Assembly: GCF_006345805.1 (NCBI RefSeq)
Contig: NW_021835357.1
Location: 1-40,906 of the forward strand
Reading direction: 5' to 3'
From: Octopus sinensis
Taxonomy: Eukaryota
Length of the DNA stretch: 40,906 nt
Part shown: in pieces, positions 23,781-36,456 of the stretch
Layout: every line of letters begins with the position of its first letter
Position numbering within the stretch: the first letter of the stretch is position 1
Position numbers and translations under genes: made by a program
Notes under the pieces: model-generated
What the model was told of the DNA's origin: nothing
The model's database searches: none
The model's input: the letters and a program-made list of their open reading frames with translations, nothing else

Positions 23781-24289
23781 ACAAACAGATCGGTCGTCTT
23801 CCTCAACCGATCTGCTTTTAGAGACGACCACACTCCACACACTTTGATTCCAAGCACAGCTATAAACAACAGAAATGATCGAGAATGTTATACCTTAGTG
23901 AGCATGCGCGAGAAATTTCGAGATCTATCTGTGCCAAAGGGCTTCACTCTGCGCATTTTACTCCCGTCACCAAAGCAACAATCGATCGCCATACTTTTTT
24001 TTTTTATCAAACCTCGTATTCACTCATATATAAACACATGAATTGTGAATCTGATTTTTTGAAAGTTCCACATCGTTTCCAAACCGGACTTTGCCAAGAA
24101 GTGTATATAGCGTTATCGACAGCAAATTTTCTATTTTAGAATCAATAGTTACACACATTAGATTCGTGCTGGTGTCTGAATGGATATATACACGACTAAA
24201 TATCATAACGTGTCCAGTCGGGATATCTCATATAACTTTGTGCGTATTTATTAGTTTAGTTATAAACACAAAAGTGTGCAGACATGTAT

Positions 24290-24579
24290 ATTTGTGCGCA
24301 TGCATGTATGCATGTATATATACGTGTGTTGCTATACATATATCTATGTGCACATATCTATATGTGTGTACGCGTACGTATATATATATATATTATATAT
24401 ATATATATATATTATATATAATGGATGTATATTTGTCTGCATGAATGTATGTATCTATATATATGTGCTTCATATTTTATATATGGATGTATATTTGTCT
24501 GCATGCACGTATGTATCTATATATATATGTGCTGCATATATTTATATATGTATATATATATATTATATATATATATATC

Positions 24580-24618
<39 letters not shown>

Positions 24619-24830
24619 GTATATATATAATATATATATATATACATACACATAGACAGGCATTCAATAATCCATCTAACCATGTACCCAACGATATATA
24701 AAAAAACATACATACATACATGCATACATATGCCAATACACACATATATACATGCATACTACACATAAATACACGCGTACATACATGCATATATACACAC
24801 ACATATGTCCATACGTATATCTGCGCCATG
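24290..24830. repeat. (TA)n/(TATG)n/(CATA)n compound microsatellite
   Basis: Direct. Confidence 0.9.
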
Positions 24831-25419
24831 TATAAACGTTATTACCAATGTAGCGTTCGCTATTCACTTAATCCAGCATCAGAAACGTTATTCGATAATG
24901 ACATTTTATACGAACTACTGACTAATATTAAAATTTCTTATTGAATTTCGTGCTAAGCTTTATGAAAGTTGATATTTCATTTCTAGCAGTTTGAAAACTC
25001 CATGGAAAAGAAGCAAAAAAAAAACTGTTGGGTTATATTGACCCAATATGGAATAAGAATGCCGAAATTTCTTTTATTTTTAAAGTGGGAATAAAATTGG
25101 TGCCGTTCTTGATACGGATCATGTGCTCTTCTGTTCGGTCTCTCAGTGTGGTACTTTTTCTTTGCTAAATATATTTCTGGTCAGTATTCTGTGAGGACCA
25201 ATTCCCTGTGAGAGGAATTAAGTTGAGGGTACTATTCGGACATTTATCTTCTATGGGGGAGGATTCATATACATAATAGTGTGAGATTATCAGTCCGAAC
25301 AAAATGCTTCATAATTTCTCTGCACACAAGGGTAACAATATTATTTAGATTAGTGAAGAACCCCGGTTATTCTTATAGCAGGGGCCAAGTTTATGGTTCA
25401 TCACTATTGGTGTTTGAAA

Positions 25420-25975
25420 AATTCTGATCTGTGCAAAGCGTTTACATATCAAGGTTTTAAGCCTGCATAAACAATGCTGCAGTTCTTCTGTGATGACAAA
25501 ACCCTTCGAGCAGGAAAGAAATGTCCAAGATGAGAAATGACAGAGGTCTATGTGCTGGTCGTTTTGATGTCCCCTGAGTGATACAAACTAAATTGTAATT
25601 ATGGTGAGTAACGAATGTCATGTCATATCTCCTTTTATGTTTTCACAAGGCTTTAGAATTACCGTTACTCGACAGGTTGAGGTGCTGGAAATTGTTGTTA
25701 TGCTGTGGGTTGGTGGATGGGTGGTTTACGCAATGGCAAGCCATACCTACTTAAACAAGACTCAGCATTTTCTTACAAATCCCACGGAACGCCAAATAGA
25801 TGTCAGACAATATTTACGATCATGCAACACCAATCGTGTGGCCTCCAAACTCTTCAGATTTAAATCCCATGGACTACTAGGGTTAGAGCGTTGTTGAGAA
25901 GGAGACTAATCGACGTCCTTACAATAAAATAGCCTCCCTGATGGCCAATATTATGCTGGTAATGTCCGAAAAGTA
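25420..25975 (+). pseudogene. Decayed Tc1/mariner-superfamily transposase, DD37D (maT-type) catalytic domain
   Basis: Across frameshifts and stops: LICAKRL..FFCDDK..RNDRGLCAGRFDVP*VIQTK..VSNECHVISPFMFSQGFRI..EVLEIVVMLW..NGKPYLLKQDSA..MSDNIYDHATPIVWPPNSSDLNPMDY*G*SVVEKETNRRPYN. Asp codons at 25492, 25759 and 25872; the D2-D3 gap is 110 nt, i.e. 37 codons minus 1 nt. Confidence 0.85.
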
Positions 25976-26141
25976 CAAGAAGTGCCAAATGAAGCCGAAC
26001 AAGCAGAGACTTCAAAGACACCGGAAGCAAAGTCCATGTAAAATTTTACATCAGTGATTTCAACAGGGATTCATAGGGGGCCCTGAGAGTCCATGATAGA
26101 CATACAACAAAATACTAAATCAAGAATCAATAACAGTCTTT

Positions 26142-26393
26142 CAAGGGCCTCTCAAAAATATTTGGTTTTCGATGTGTGTATTATTATGTATTGCAAGAAA
26201 CAACTAAGTTTTTTTTTTTCGCTTATGTTTTACATAGTTCAGTCTACACAAGATAATGTCTAAATAACAAAATAAGAATTTTGAAAGAAGTTTCTATAAA
26301 ACTAGTTTTTAAACATCGAATGGCTATGGGTGTCCACCAGAATAAAATAGTAATCAAAGGGGCCTTAAATAAAAATATTTTTGAGAACCCCCT
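26142..26393. mobile_element. Possible hAT-type MITE, about 250 bp
   Basis: Left caagggcctctcaaaaatattt; right-end reverse complement agggggttctcaaaaatattt (14-bp perfect core). No TSD seen. Confidence 0.45.
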
Positions 26394-27099
26394 TTTTTAA
26401 ATAAACATTTACTTCTCTGGCTCAGGAATCTATATCATTATCATCATCGATGGCAATCAATAATTTTACGTTTGTTTTGTTACATAACATATGAGAAAAT
26501 TTTCCCTAACAACATACATAGGCAATTGTGAAATACACACAATTAATTATATGCTGATAACTTTGACATTCATACTCGTGCGTTATGCGAGGTTCTCTAC
26601 TTTCGGTTTAGAATACCCCTACACCACCACCAACAATGCCCACAAAACACACTTCATTAAATTCTCTATTTCTCGTTTGAGTTGATAATTATTTTCAAAT
26701 TTGTATAGTGAAAAACTTTAGAAGGAAACAGCAATTTTTCTCTTCTTAAAATAATACCAAATAAAACGGTTTCGTAAAGAAATAAACAGAACAAGTATTT
26801 TCTATTTCAAATTGCTGGAGAGATATCAATGACGAATTTCGAAATTATTTGAAATATGAAATTGCAGAATATTTAACTAGAAAATAAAATACAACAAACC
26901 GACCCGGAGTTTGCTGATTCTGAAAACAAATGTAAGATCTAAATAAACGTCATGTAGTGGTTTAACTATCGGTAAATATTCGAAAGACAAGAGCGTAGTC
27001 TTCAATTTAGTTTCTCTTCTGCTGTGTGTTTTTCGGATGGGAAGAGCGCAATGTCATTGCGAAGAATTTTAATAAAGAAAGCATCTTAATACATGTTCA

Positions 27100-27369
27100 C
27101 ACACAGACATACCCACACATGTGTGAATGTGTGTGTGTGTGCATATGCGCACGCACACACACACACGCATACGCACATATATACACGCATGCATGCCTAT
27201 CTCACTATATGTATTTGGTGTGTGTGTGTATGTATATGTTGATGTATTTCTCATGCATGAAAATATATGTATGTATATTATCATATATATATATATCTTT
27301 GTGTGTGTGTGTATGCGTATGTATATGTTGATGTATTTCTCATGCATGAAAATATATGTATGTATATAT

Positions 27370-27458
<89 letters not shown>

Positions 27459-27515
27459 TGTGTATGTATGTATAAATATATATATGTGCGTATATACCTG
27501 CCTATTTATCTTTCA

Positions 27516-27547
<32 letters not shown>

Positions 27548-27550
27548 TCT
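27100..27550. repeat. (TG)/(CA)/(TA)/(TC)n compound microsatellite
   Basis: Direct. Confidence 0.9.
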
Positions 27551-28027
27551 TCCTCCCTTCACCTACCCTTATCTCACCCATCTTATTTCAAAATAATCGC
27601 TCTAAACTGACAAGAACTCCATCATTTCCTTTCGTTTAACGTCACCATTGCACCTACCGCACGACATATCATTCCACTTCATAAATTCCGATAACAGACT
27701 ATCCCACATTCCACACATCGTATTGCCATAAGACTCCCTTGCATCACCGCACCACTGAATATCTCCATTAACATTACGTCCCATCAGAACACGGGAACAC
27801 ACGTACACAGCGCTATAGCATCAAACTACTCTAACACCACCATAACACATCGCAAGGCGCTATCTCCCTGCTGAACAGCCCCACAAGCACTGCACCCCAC
27901 CACGTAAAAATTACTGCCTAATTGAACTATTCTTCACTGATCCCTAATTCTCAAACATAAAATTATATCTTTCTTCACTGTCATAACACAATCCCAAACA
28001 AACAATCCCTGCACTAACACACAAGCA

Positions 28028-28569
28028 CACCAACACGCTGTCAGACCAACGCGGCCCCACACCAACAGGATCCCCAGGCAAACACGCCGGCACACCAAAA
28101 CATTACCGCACCAACATTGTTGCCATATGAACACGCTGGCACACTACCATACGTCCATACCAGCATCAACACCAGCACGCTCGCACACCTATACGACCCT
28201 ACGCCGACGTGACCTCACGACAACACGAGCCCAAACCAACGCGATTCCACACCAACACGACCCCATACCATCAAGACCCTTCACTAACATGATCCCGCAC
28301 CAACGCAACTCTACACCAACATGACCCCAACACCAACACGATCCACACCAACGCGATTCCACACCAACAAGACCCCACACTAACATGATCCCGCACCAAC
28401 GCAACTCTACACCACCATGACCCCAACGCCAACACGATCCAGACCAAAGCGACCCCATACCAACGTGAACCCACATAAACGTCACCGCACACCAACACGA
28501 CCCCACACGAACGTGACTTCAAACCAACACGACCCCACACCAATGCGACCGCACACCGACACATTCCCA
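28028..28569. repeat. Degenerate 16-bp minisatellite (consensus CACCAACACGACCCCA, about 34 units) with a 96-bp higher-order duplication
   Basis: Units parse as cactaacatgatcccg / caccaacgcaactcta / caccaacatgaccccaa / caccaacacgatcca / caccaacgcgattcca / caccaacaagacccca, and the block restarts 96 bp later (28282, then 28378). Confidence 0.8.
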
Positions 28570-28600
28570 CAAAAAAATCTCCCTACATCAACTCTCTGTG

Positions 28601-28828
28601 GGCCCGTGTGGCTCAGTGGTTAGGTGTGATGGACTCATGAACGTAACATTGTGGTTTCGATTCCTGGACCGAGCAATGCATTGTATTCTTGAGCAAAACA
28701 CTTCATTTCACGTTGCTCCAGTTCACTCAGCTGACAAGAAGGAGTAATCCCGCGACGGACCGGCGTCCCGTCCAGATGGGGAACATATACGAAACAGGGA
28801 AAACCTTAGGAGTTGGCATGACCCGAGA
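28601..28828 (+). mobile_element. tRNA-headed CORE-like SINE, family E
   Basis: gtggctcagtggttagg...gtttcgattcctggacc...ttcttgagcaaaacacttcatttcacgttgctccagttcactcagctg...gcgacggaccggcgtcccgtccag. Confidence 0.8.
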
Positions 28829-29579
28829 ACGTAACTAACATCAACTCTTCCACACACCAACACACTACGACATAAACGTACCGGAACGTCGACACTCCAG
28901 CCAACTCACTTGTTAACTTCCCCCTCAAACACCCACCCACACACACACACACTACTTTCACCACCAATTCCCTGAACCACTCCGCAAACACTAGACAACC
29001 ACACAACGCGAGAACCACCACGCCAACACTCCATCACTTCAACACAATACCTCTTGAATTTTCCACTACAACGCTCACACCGCCACAACACACACTAACA
29101 CAGTAACTCGTCGTCTAACACTACATAAGCGCATGCCAGCACTCCACAACGCCACACTGCATCATTCACCACACAGTCCACATGGTTTTCTACACATCAT
29201 ATTCCCTACACAATTCCACCATTGTTATAACAATAATGTGACAGAACCATCTGAAAATGTAACCTTCGCAAAATCGATGTTCCGATATCACTTACAGCGA
29301 TGAAGCGACAAACGGCTATTGTTTCATCGTCTTCCTGCAATCTATATTAAAATCTCTTACCAGAAACCAGATATGCTACAATTGTCCTGTCCAAACCGTT
29401 ATTTTCTTTCGCCAACATGGCGAATACAATAGCGCGATGACAATTGAATGTGTTTGTAGGACAGCAGTGCCGTTCGAAATATGAAAAAAAAAACAAAAAT
29501 GATGTATCGGAAAAGGAAGGATAACTGTCGTCGATAAACAGTAATATCAGCAACATTAGCAAGAACCACAACAGCTGCA

Positions 29580-30180
29580 TGAGAGTCGGGAATAACAACT
29601 ATATGAGCAACAACAATGATGGCGACGAAGACAATGAGATCTACTACAATGGCTGCTTCGATGTCGTCGTCAAAAGCAACACCAGTGGCAGCGACAATGG
29701 TGGCAGTGGTGGTAGCAGTAGTAGTGGCTGCAACCGCGAGTCGAGCGGCAATACGAATAGAAGTAATAGTAGCGGCATCGATTAATGCCACAACACCACA
29801 CGAAATGACATGATCGCAACAGGAGTCAGAAAAAAAAAACACCGACAACAAACAGGGAACTGATAAAACAACAACAACAACAACAACAATAACACAAACA
29901 ACAGCACTGCAATTAGCATGAATCGAAACAAGAACCATAACATCAACAACAACAACAAAAAAGACGATGACGACGACGACGACAACAACAACAACAACAA
30001 CAGTTGCAGCAACTACAATGGAGGAAAGCAGCAACAGCGAGAGATCTAACAACAATGACAGCCATGAGGCACAAGAGCAGTAACAACATCCCCCAACAAT
30101 AGCTGCTACAGAAACAACAACAACAACTACTACTACAACAACAACAACAACTACTACTACTACTACTACTATAACAATCG
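29580..30180. repeat. Degenerate (CAA/GCA/GAC/CTA)n low-complexity tract
   Basis: Direct. Confidence 0.8.
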
Positions 30181-30504
30181 TCCCTATTTACAACAGCTGC
30201 CAGGAAAAGAATCATTAAAATATTGAACATTTTCGCATAAACAAACTTCTATTCTTGTTTCACCAAGATGGCCGAGCGAAATTTCTTATCGATCTTTTTG
30301 CCATTACAATACAAATAACTACAACATCAATCTGAAGAGCATAACCGATACAATATACCACCTGTGCAACGTTAGCTTCCTTCCTTTTACGAAATATTGC
30401 TGCCTGATATTGGTATCATATTCTATTGAAATTTCACGCCAGTTATTTATAGTGACGGAATTACTGTTTACTTCTAAAGTAAACGATCAGAATCTTTAAT
30501 AGAC

Positions 30505-30693
30505 AATGGTTTCAAATTCTAGCACGAGGCCAGAAATTTCGATGGAGTGGTAAGTCGCTTACATCGACACCCAGTGTTCAACTAGTACTCATTTTTATCG
30601 ACCCACTAAAGGACGAAACCTATCGTCGACCTTCGTGGAATTTGAACTCAGAAAGTAAAGATGGTGGAAGCGCGGCAAAGCAATTTACCCAGC
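30505..30693 (-). mobile_element. Decayed family A SINE with A2 tail
   Basis: aatggtttcaaattctagcacgaggccagaaattt...tcgaccttcgtggaatttgaactcagaa. Confidence 0.7.
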
Positions 30694-30699
30694 AATTTG

Positions 30700-30776
30700 G
30701 GGGTGGGGTGGTAGTAGCAGTAGTGGTGGTGGTGGTGGTGGTTGTGGTGGTGGTGGTGGTGGTGGTGGTGATGGTG

Positions 30777-30808
<32 letters not shown>

Positions 30809-30991
30809 TGGTGATGGTGGTCGTGGTGGTATAGCAACAATAGAAGTACACGGAAGTACACTTGCTGTAGCAGAATTAGGAGTGGGCGTATTAAAACAAC
30901 TAACTTTGGTTAAGAATATGATTATGTCGAAAGCAGAATTTTAGAGTCGTAAATATAACGATAAAATTAAATAAAAAAAATAAAGACAAAT

Positions 30992-31028
<37 letters not shown>

Positions 31029-31158
31029 TAATAATAATAAAAATATTAATAGTAATAATAATAGTAATAATAATAATAATAATAATAATATAAATAATAA
31101 TAATATAAATAATAAAAATAATATAATAATAATAATAATAATAATAATGATGATGATG

Positions 31159-31192
<34 letters not shown>

Positions 31193-31200
31193 TGATGATG

Positions 31201-31234
<34 letters not shown>

Positions 31235-31298
31235 TGATGATGATAATAATAATAATAATAATAATAATAATAGTAATAATAATAATAATAATGATGAA

Positions 31299-31350
<52 letters not shown>

Positions 31351-31431
31351 GTATAAATAATAATAATAAAAATATAAATAATAATAATAATAATAATAAG
31401 AATAATAATAATGATAATGATAATGATAATA

Positions 31432-31478
<47 letters not shown>

Positions 31479-31500
31479 TCGTGATGATGATGATGATGAC
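30700..31500. repeat. (GGT)n and about 500 bp of (AAT)n/(GAT)n microsatellite
   Basis: Direct. Confidence 0.95.
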
Positions 31501-32003
31501 GGTGAAAACGTTATTGCAATATTTGGTCGATAAAATGACAAGAGAAAATAAAATATGGCCGATATGGAATTCTTTTGATATTTTTCCGTGGGTCATATTT
31601 ATTGGCGCCTCTTCTGCATTTGTATTTACGTAAGGAAATAACCGATTCTTCAGAGCTGTTCCCATCTGTTGCAGAGCCACACATGTGTTTGATGTTCGCA
31701 ATTCATTTCAATAAACAGTTAATATTTCAAAAGAATTTTCTGATGCTAGAATCGGTCAAAGGTCGAGCGATTACAGTTTTAAAGTTTGTGAATTATAAAG
31801 GAATTTGTAAAGGTTCAAATTCTTTGCGAATGGTACCCAGAACCTGTTTTCTCTTTTTAGAGACTTTCCATTGTAGCTGAAATTTATGTGCGCGTTAGTC
31901 TAGATTTTTGCTTGGTGTGTGTGTGTATGTACGTGAGTGCTTGGTTACGTTTTCTCCTCTCTCGAGGTCTCAGTAGATTAGATATATATATATTATATAT
32001 ATC

Positions 32004-32047
<44 letters not shown>

Positions 32048-32049
<2 letters not shown>

Positions 32050-32230
32050 CGGAAGGTTTACGAAAATAAACAAAAGACGAAGGCAGGTGGAGTACAAACA
32101 AATAATGTATTAGTATGGCGCTCAGGGAGAAAATAAAACAAGTCTTTTACGTTTCGAGCCTACGCTCTTCGACAGAAAGATACACAGAAAAGAAACAAGG
32201 AGAGAAAAAAATTGCGTGTAGGGGCTAAGG
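32048..32230 (-). mobile_element. Penelope-like element terminal-repeat (pLTR)-type fragment ending in (TA)n
   Basis: Contains a minimal hammerhead-like motif and a T-rich tail ...ttcgtcttttgtttattttcgtaaaccttcc. The family call rests on the known link between PLEs and minimal hammerheads. Confidence 0.55.
32143..32180 (-). ncRNA. Minimal type-I hammerhead-ribozyme-like motif with variant core
   Basis: Minus strand: UCUUU CUGUCGA A GAGC-GUAG-GCUC GAA ACGU A AAAGA, giving stem I of 5 bp, stem II of 4 bp with a tetraloop, palindromic ACGU stem III and a GUA cleavage triplet. Confidence 0.55.
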
Positions 32231-33244
32231 GAGAAAGAAAGGGGGGGATAGATGGATATATGTATGTATTTATATAATCTCATTATAAAATATAATAAAA
32301 CAAATATCGTAAATGTGGTTACCCAGGGTTTCCTGGGCGAAATAATTTATCCCGCTATTTATCAAGCTGAAAACAAGACTGTCTGTCAGTTGTCTTTTTG
32401 AGTAGATAACGTTTAAACGATAGACTCTTGTTAAGAAGAACACAAGAAGAAAAGCCTAAGGGAAATAACCGACGACGTCGAGCAGATGTAAACCAGATGT
32501 TATTGTTTACTGAGTGTCCACTGACCCGCTTTAAAATTCCGGCGAGATGTATTTCTTGTAATGCGGACATTCAGAAAAGATTTCGTTACTGAAATTTATA
32601 TATTCATTGGAGGTTCTCAAATTTTTTAAGAGAACACACTGAACATTTTTTGGACCCATTCAGATAGGGTCCGGATTTAAAAAAGAATTTTCTATTTAAT
32701 GTCAAAAATAGTCCCTTCGTCTTTAAGACTGGCAAATGTAGTATTAATTGCATTTGACAGTCTTCCTCTGCTCAGAATGAGCTGAGATAACCTAACAAAT
32801 CCATTGGAATTTATATTATTATACACACCGACTACATTACATGGATCTGTTATGTAAGAATGTGGATGAAAGTAGCGTACGGTGCAGAAATAAACGTTGA
32901 GATCTACTATGAAAACCTGATATCCCCCATCCTCATGTTATATTATTATTAATTTTATGCAAAGAGGCGTTCCACTTGTGTATCCAGCACGGAGATTCTG
33001 ATGATAGAATCGCTCAAAATTTGAGTGATTATAGATTTTAAGCTGCTGTGTATATATTCAAATACCATTATGGATCATTCTTTATAATTACTACATATTT
33101 TTCAGCCGTGTATTAGTGCTTTATCGGGGGGATTACGATTAATTCTTGTCGGCTTTTTTTCTGAATACTCTGGGTATACAGTGTATATTACTTTCATCCA
33201 ATCAAATTATCAGGTTCCAGGTGGATGAAAGCATAAACATACAA

Positions 33245-33544
33245 GTAAAAGGATAAAGTCCCGCTTCGGTCATGAATGGTCATGGGATTGCACCTAGAAA
33301 ATAATTCTCCGAGGCACAAGTTCCGGAAACTTTGTTTATGGAGGACCAGCAGTCACCCATACATACCGGCCACCCCGTTCCACGCCACAGATGTTATCCA
33401 AGGAAAAAGCAAAGGCTGATACAGCTTCGCACCAGTGACGATGCGACTCAGTCCTACAGCTGAGTGAACTGTGGCAATGTAGATTAAAACACTACATCAT
33501 GTTCGCGAGTCCGACGCTCTAACCACTGAACCATGCACCTTCAC
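33245..33544 (-). mobile_element. Family C SINE with head and internal deletion
   Basis: Minus strand gtgaaggtgcatggttcagtggttagagcgtcggactcg...gttcactcagctg...agctgtatcagcctttgc...cttgtgcctcggag; homologous to 12266-12510. Confidence 0.8.
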
Positions 33545-34449
33545 AAACCTACAAGTAATATTACAATAGCAGCGGCAACAACTATAACAGTGAGAGACAA
33601 TGCAACCTTCAGGATGCTCATAGTATAAAGAAAAGATGAAAAAATAATATCAAAAGTAATCTTATTTGAATGAGCGGTATTTAAATGAAATTTTTAAAAA
33701 TATATATATAAGCAGAAGTAAAATTGACTTTTACGAAGTACACAATGAAGTGAGTTATGTGTTTTAAAGGAAACAATTGAAATAAAATAAAAATAAAATT
33801 TTTTAAATTGCAAGAACAGTTGAAACGTCCGGGAAAATCCAACAAGAGTTAAAGGTGTTTATTGCACCCGTTGAAGCCGCTGTTGAAAAATTTCCAGCTT
33901 TAGATGGATTATAAAGAATAATCTTCTATAATGTTCCATGAATATTCTGAAATTCAGCGATTCAAAGCTGACGGATGCGTGGTGCAGAAACAAATGTTGT
34001 GATCTACATTTAAAGTTTGATATCCTACATTCTTGTGTTATATTATTCTTGTGTATGTCTGTGTGTGTGTGTGTGAATGTATTTATCACATACACATACA
34101 TACACAAATCGCATATATATATATATATATATATACATACGTTTAAGCGTAGATTCATTGAGAGACAGAATGAGAGAAACAGAGACAAATGAAAAATATT
34201 AGTGAAAGGTGAATAAAGTTTAGAACCTACAGCGATGTAATATTTGAATATGAGAAACAAAAAGAAAATTTTCGAACAATTTATTCCTTTCTTTTTTTTT
34301 TAAGAATCACCAAATATAATTATGTTTCTGTTGAACTGGAAAGAAAAGTATCCGAAGAATTTGCACTTAATTGCCTTCTTAGATTCCTTAGGGCAGATGG
34401 AATATCGTGTCTCAGTCTAACTGCTCTAGTGTAGAAAATTTCAGGTGTT

Positions 34450-34918
34450 TATATATATATATATAAGTACGTGTGTGTGTGTTTGCGTGTAGAACTGTGT
34501 ATGCGCTTCTGTGTGTCTCTACACATATTACGTATACATATATATTACGTATATAATAAATACACATATATAAACATGCATATATATATATATACATATA
34601 TGTATGCTTATATGTGCATACATATGTGTATATATATAAGCAACCATACAAGCATATACAAATAAGTAGATGAATATAGATCTGTACACGCAAACGTCCA
34701 CGTATGTATGCACATAAATTTATGCATATAATATTTATACTCACACACACATAGAAACATACGTACCTACATGCCTACATACGTATAGACATACAAACAT
34801 ACATGAGTAAGTACATACACACATAGATATATACATACATATATACATACGTACACTGAGAAAGAGATAGAAAGAGAGAGAAAGCGTCTTGTATACATAC
34901 ATATACATACACACACGT

Positions 34919-35005
<87 letters not shown>

Positions 35006-35025
35006 CCCAGACAGAAAGACAGACG

Positions 35026-35073
<48 letters not shown>

Positions 35074-35074
35074 C

Positions 35075-35156
<82 letters not shown>
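34450..35156. repeat. (TA)/(CATA)n region and about 235 bp of (GATA)n
   Basis: Direct. Confidence 0.95.
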
Positions 35157-35158
<2 letters not shown>

Positions 35159-35320
35159 CTTTCTTTGTTGACCACACAGTGCTGAACAAGGAGGGCTGAA
35201 CACAGATACAAATGTAGAGCTCTTCTTTTCGAAAATGAAAAAGAAAAAGGGGGGAAACAAGTAATATTCCAATGAAAAGGGGTCGTGACAATGAATAAAA
35301 AGGCGATCTAAAGGGATCGT
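35157..35320 (-). mobile_element. 3' end of the (TATC)n-tailed retroposon, copy 2
   Basis: ttgaccacacag...gggctgaacacagat...gtagagctcttctttt aligns with ttggccacacagggctgcacacagat...gtagagcttttctttt at 201-256. Confidence 0.6.
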
Positions 35321-35540
35321 GTGTCACAGAAGAAATATTTAAAATATAAGAAGCGTGATTACGTTTATCAGTGGAAAGAAAAGCCTACGGAAAAGACCAC
35401 GGTAACCTCAGCCATTGAGGGAATAAACGCATGAAAGGAAAGAGAGAGAGAGGAGAGCCAAAATTTTCAAATCTGCGTTGAGCAGAGTGATGGGCGTGAA
35501 GTTATCTATTACGTTCCCCTTGTTTGGATCTTTCTTTCGC

Positions 35541-35593
<53 letters not shown>

Positions 35594-35822
35594 AGGCTGA
35601 GCATCTGTGTATAAATGAAGAAAGAATACTCGATATATGTACTTAAAATAGACGTTTCGTATACACTTGCTTCATGAATCCGTTCTCTCAGTTTTAAGTT
35701 TGGTAAATTGGCAACCCGAAAGAGCATTTCTATATAACTGGCATCATGGAGAGGTATATCCAAAACGGAGAACACTCTTCGCGGTAAAACTACAGCTGTA
35801 CTCTCTGACATCGCATGTGGAA

Positions 35823-36201
35823 GCACTCCGTCGGTTACGACGACGAGGGTTCCGGTTGATCCGATCAACGGAACAGCCTGCTCGTGAAATTAACCTGTAA
35901 GTGGCTGAGCACTCCACAGACACGTGTACCCTTAACGCAGTTCTCGGGGATATTCAGCGTGACACAGAGAGTGACAAGGCCGGCCCTTTGAAATACAGGT
36001 ACAACAGAAACAGAAACAGGAAGTAAGAGAAAGTTGTGGTGAAAGAGTACAGCAGGGATCACCACCATCCCCTGCCGGAGCCTCTTGGAGCTTTTAGGTG
36101 TTTTTGCTCAATAAACACTCACAACGCCCGTCTGGAAATCGAAACCGCGATCCTATGACCGCGAGTCCGCTGCCCTAACCACTGGGCCATTGCGCCTCCA
36201 C
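35823..36201 (-). mobile_element. Family B SINE, full length
   Basis: Reverse complement of 1053-1422, plus the 3' end gacggagtgc. Confidence 0.92.
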
Positions 36202-36456
36202 TACTGGTACATAATATTCTGCTGTAGATATTTAACAATTTTTATATCTACAGCAGTTTTAGGGACTATATCTCACAAACTTACATTTAATCATGTTCAT
36301 ATGTAATACACATATTTTGTCTTCTATCCCCGGTACTTTTAACCGTACTTGTTTTCGTAAGGAATAGATATACAGGAATTATCTTGTGCTCATGATAAGG
36401 AAAGATTTTTCTCATTTCTTTATATTCCAATAATTCTAATTTCTTTGTGATTGCAG

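Noticed and set aside
23787-23815. Hairpin cagatcggt-N11-accgatctg (also cccagg-gttt-cctggg at about 32323) as a Helitron 3' end or terminator
   Set aside because: No CTRR terminus at the expected distance on either strand; intrinsic terminators are irrelevant in this eukaryotic context.
29579-29813. Ser/Gly/Asn-rich and Ala/Val-rich ORFs
   Set aside because: Derived from degenerate trinucleotide repeats, with no splice signals or domain features.
32998-33036. CTGATGA followed by a 10-bp hairpin (aatcgctcaa-aat-ttgagtgatt)
   Set aside because: GAAA is replaced by GATT and there is no stem III or cleavage triplet, so it cannot be called a hammerhead.
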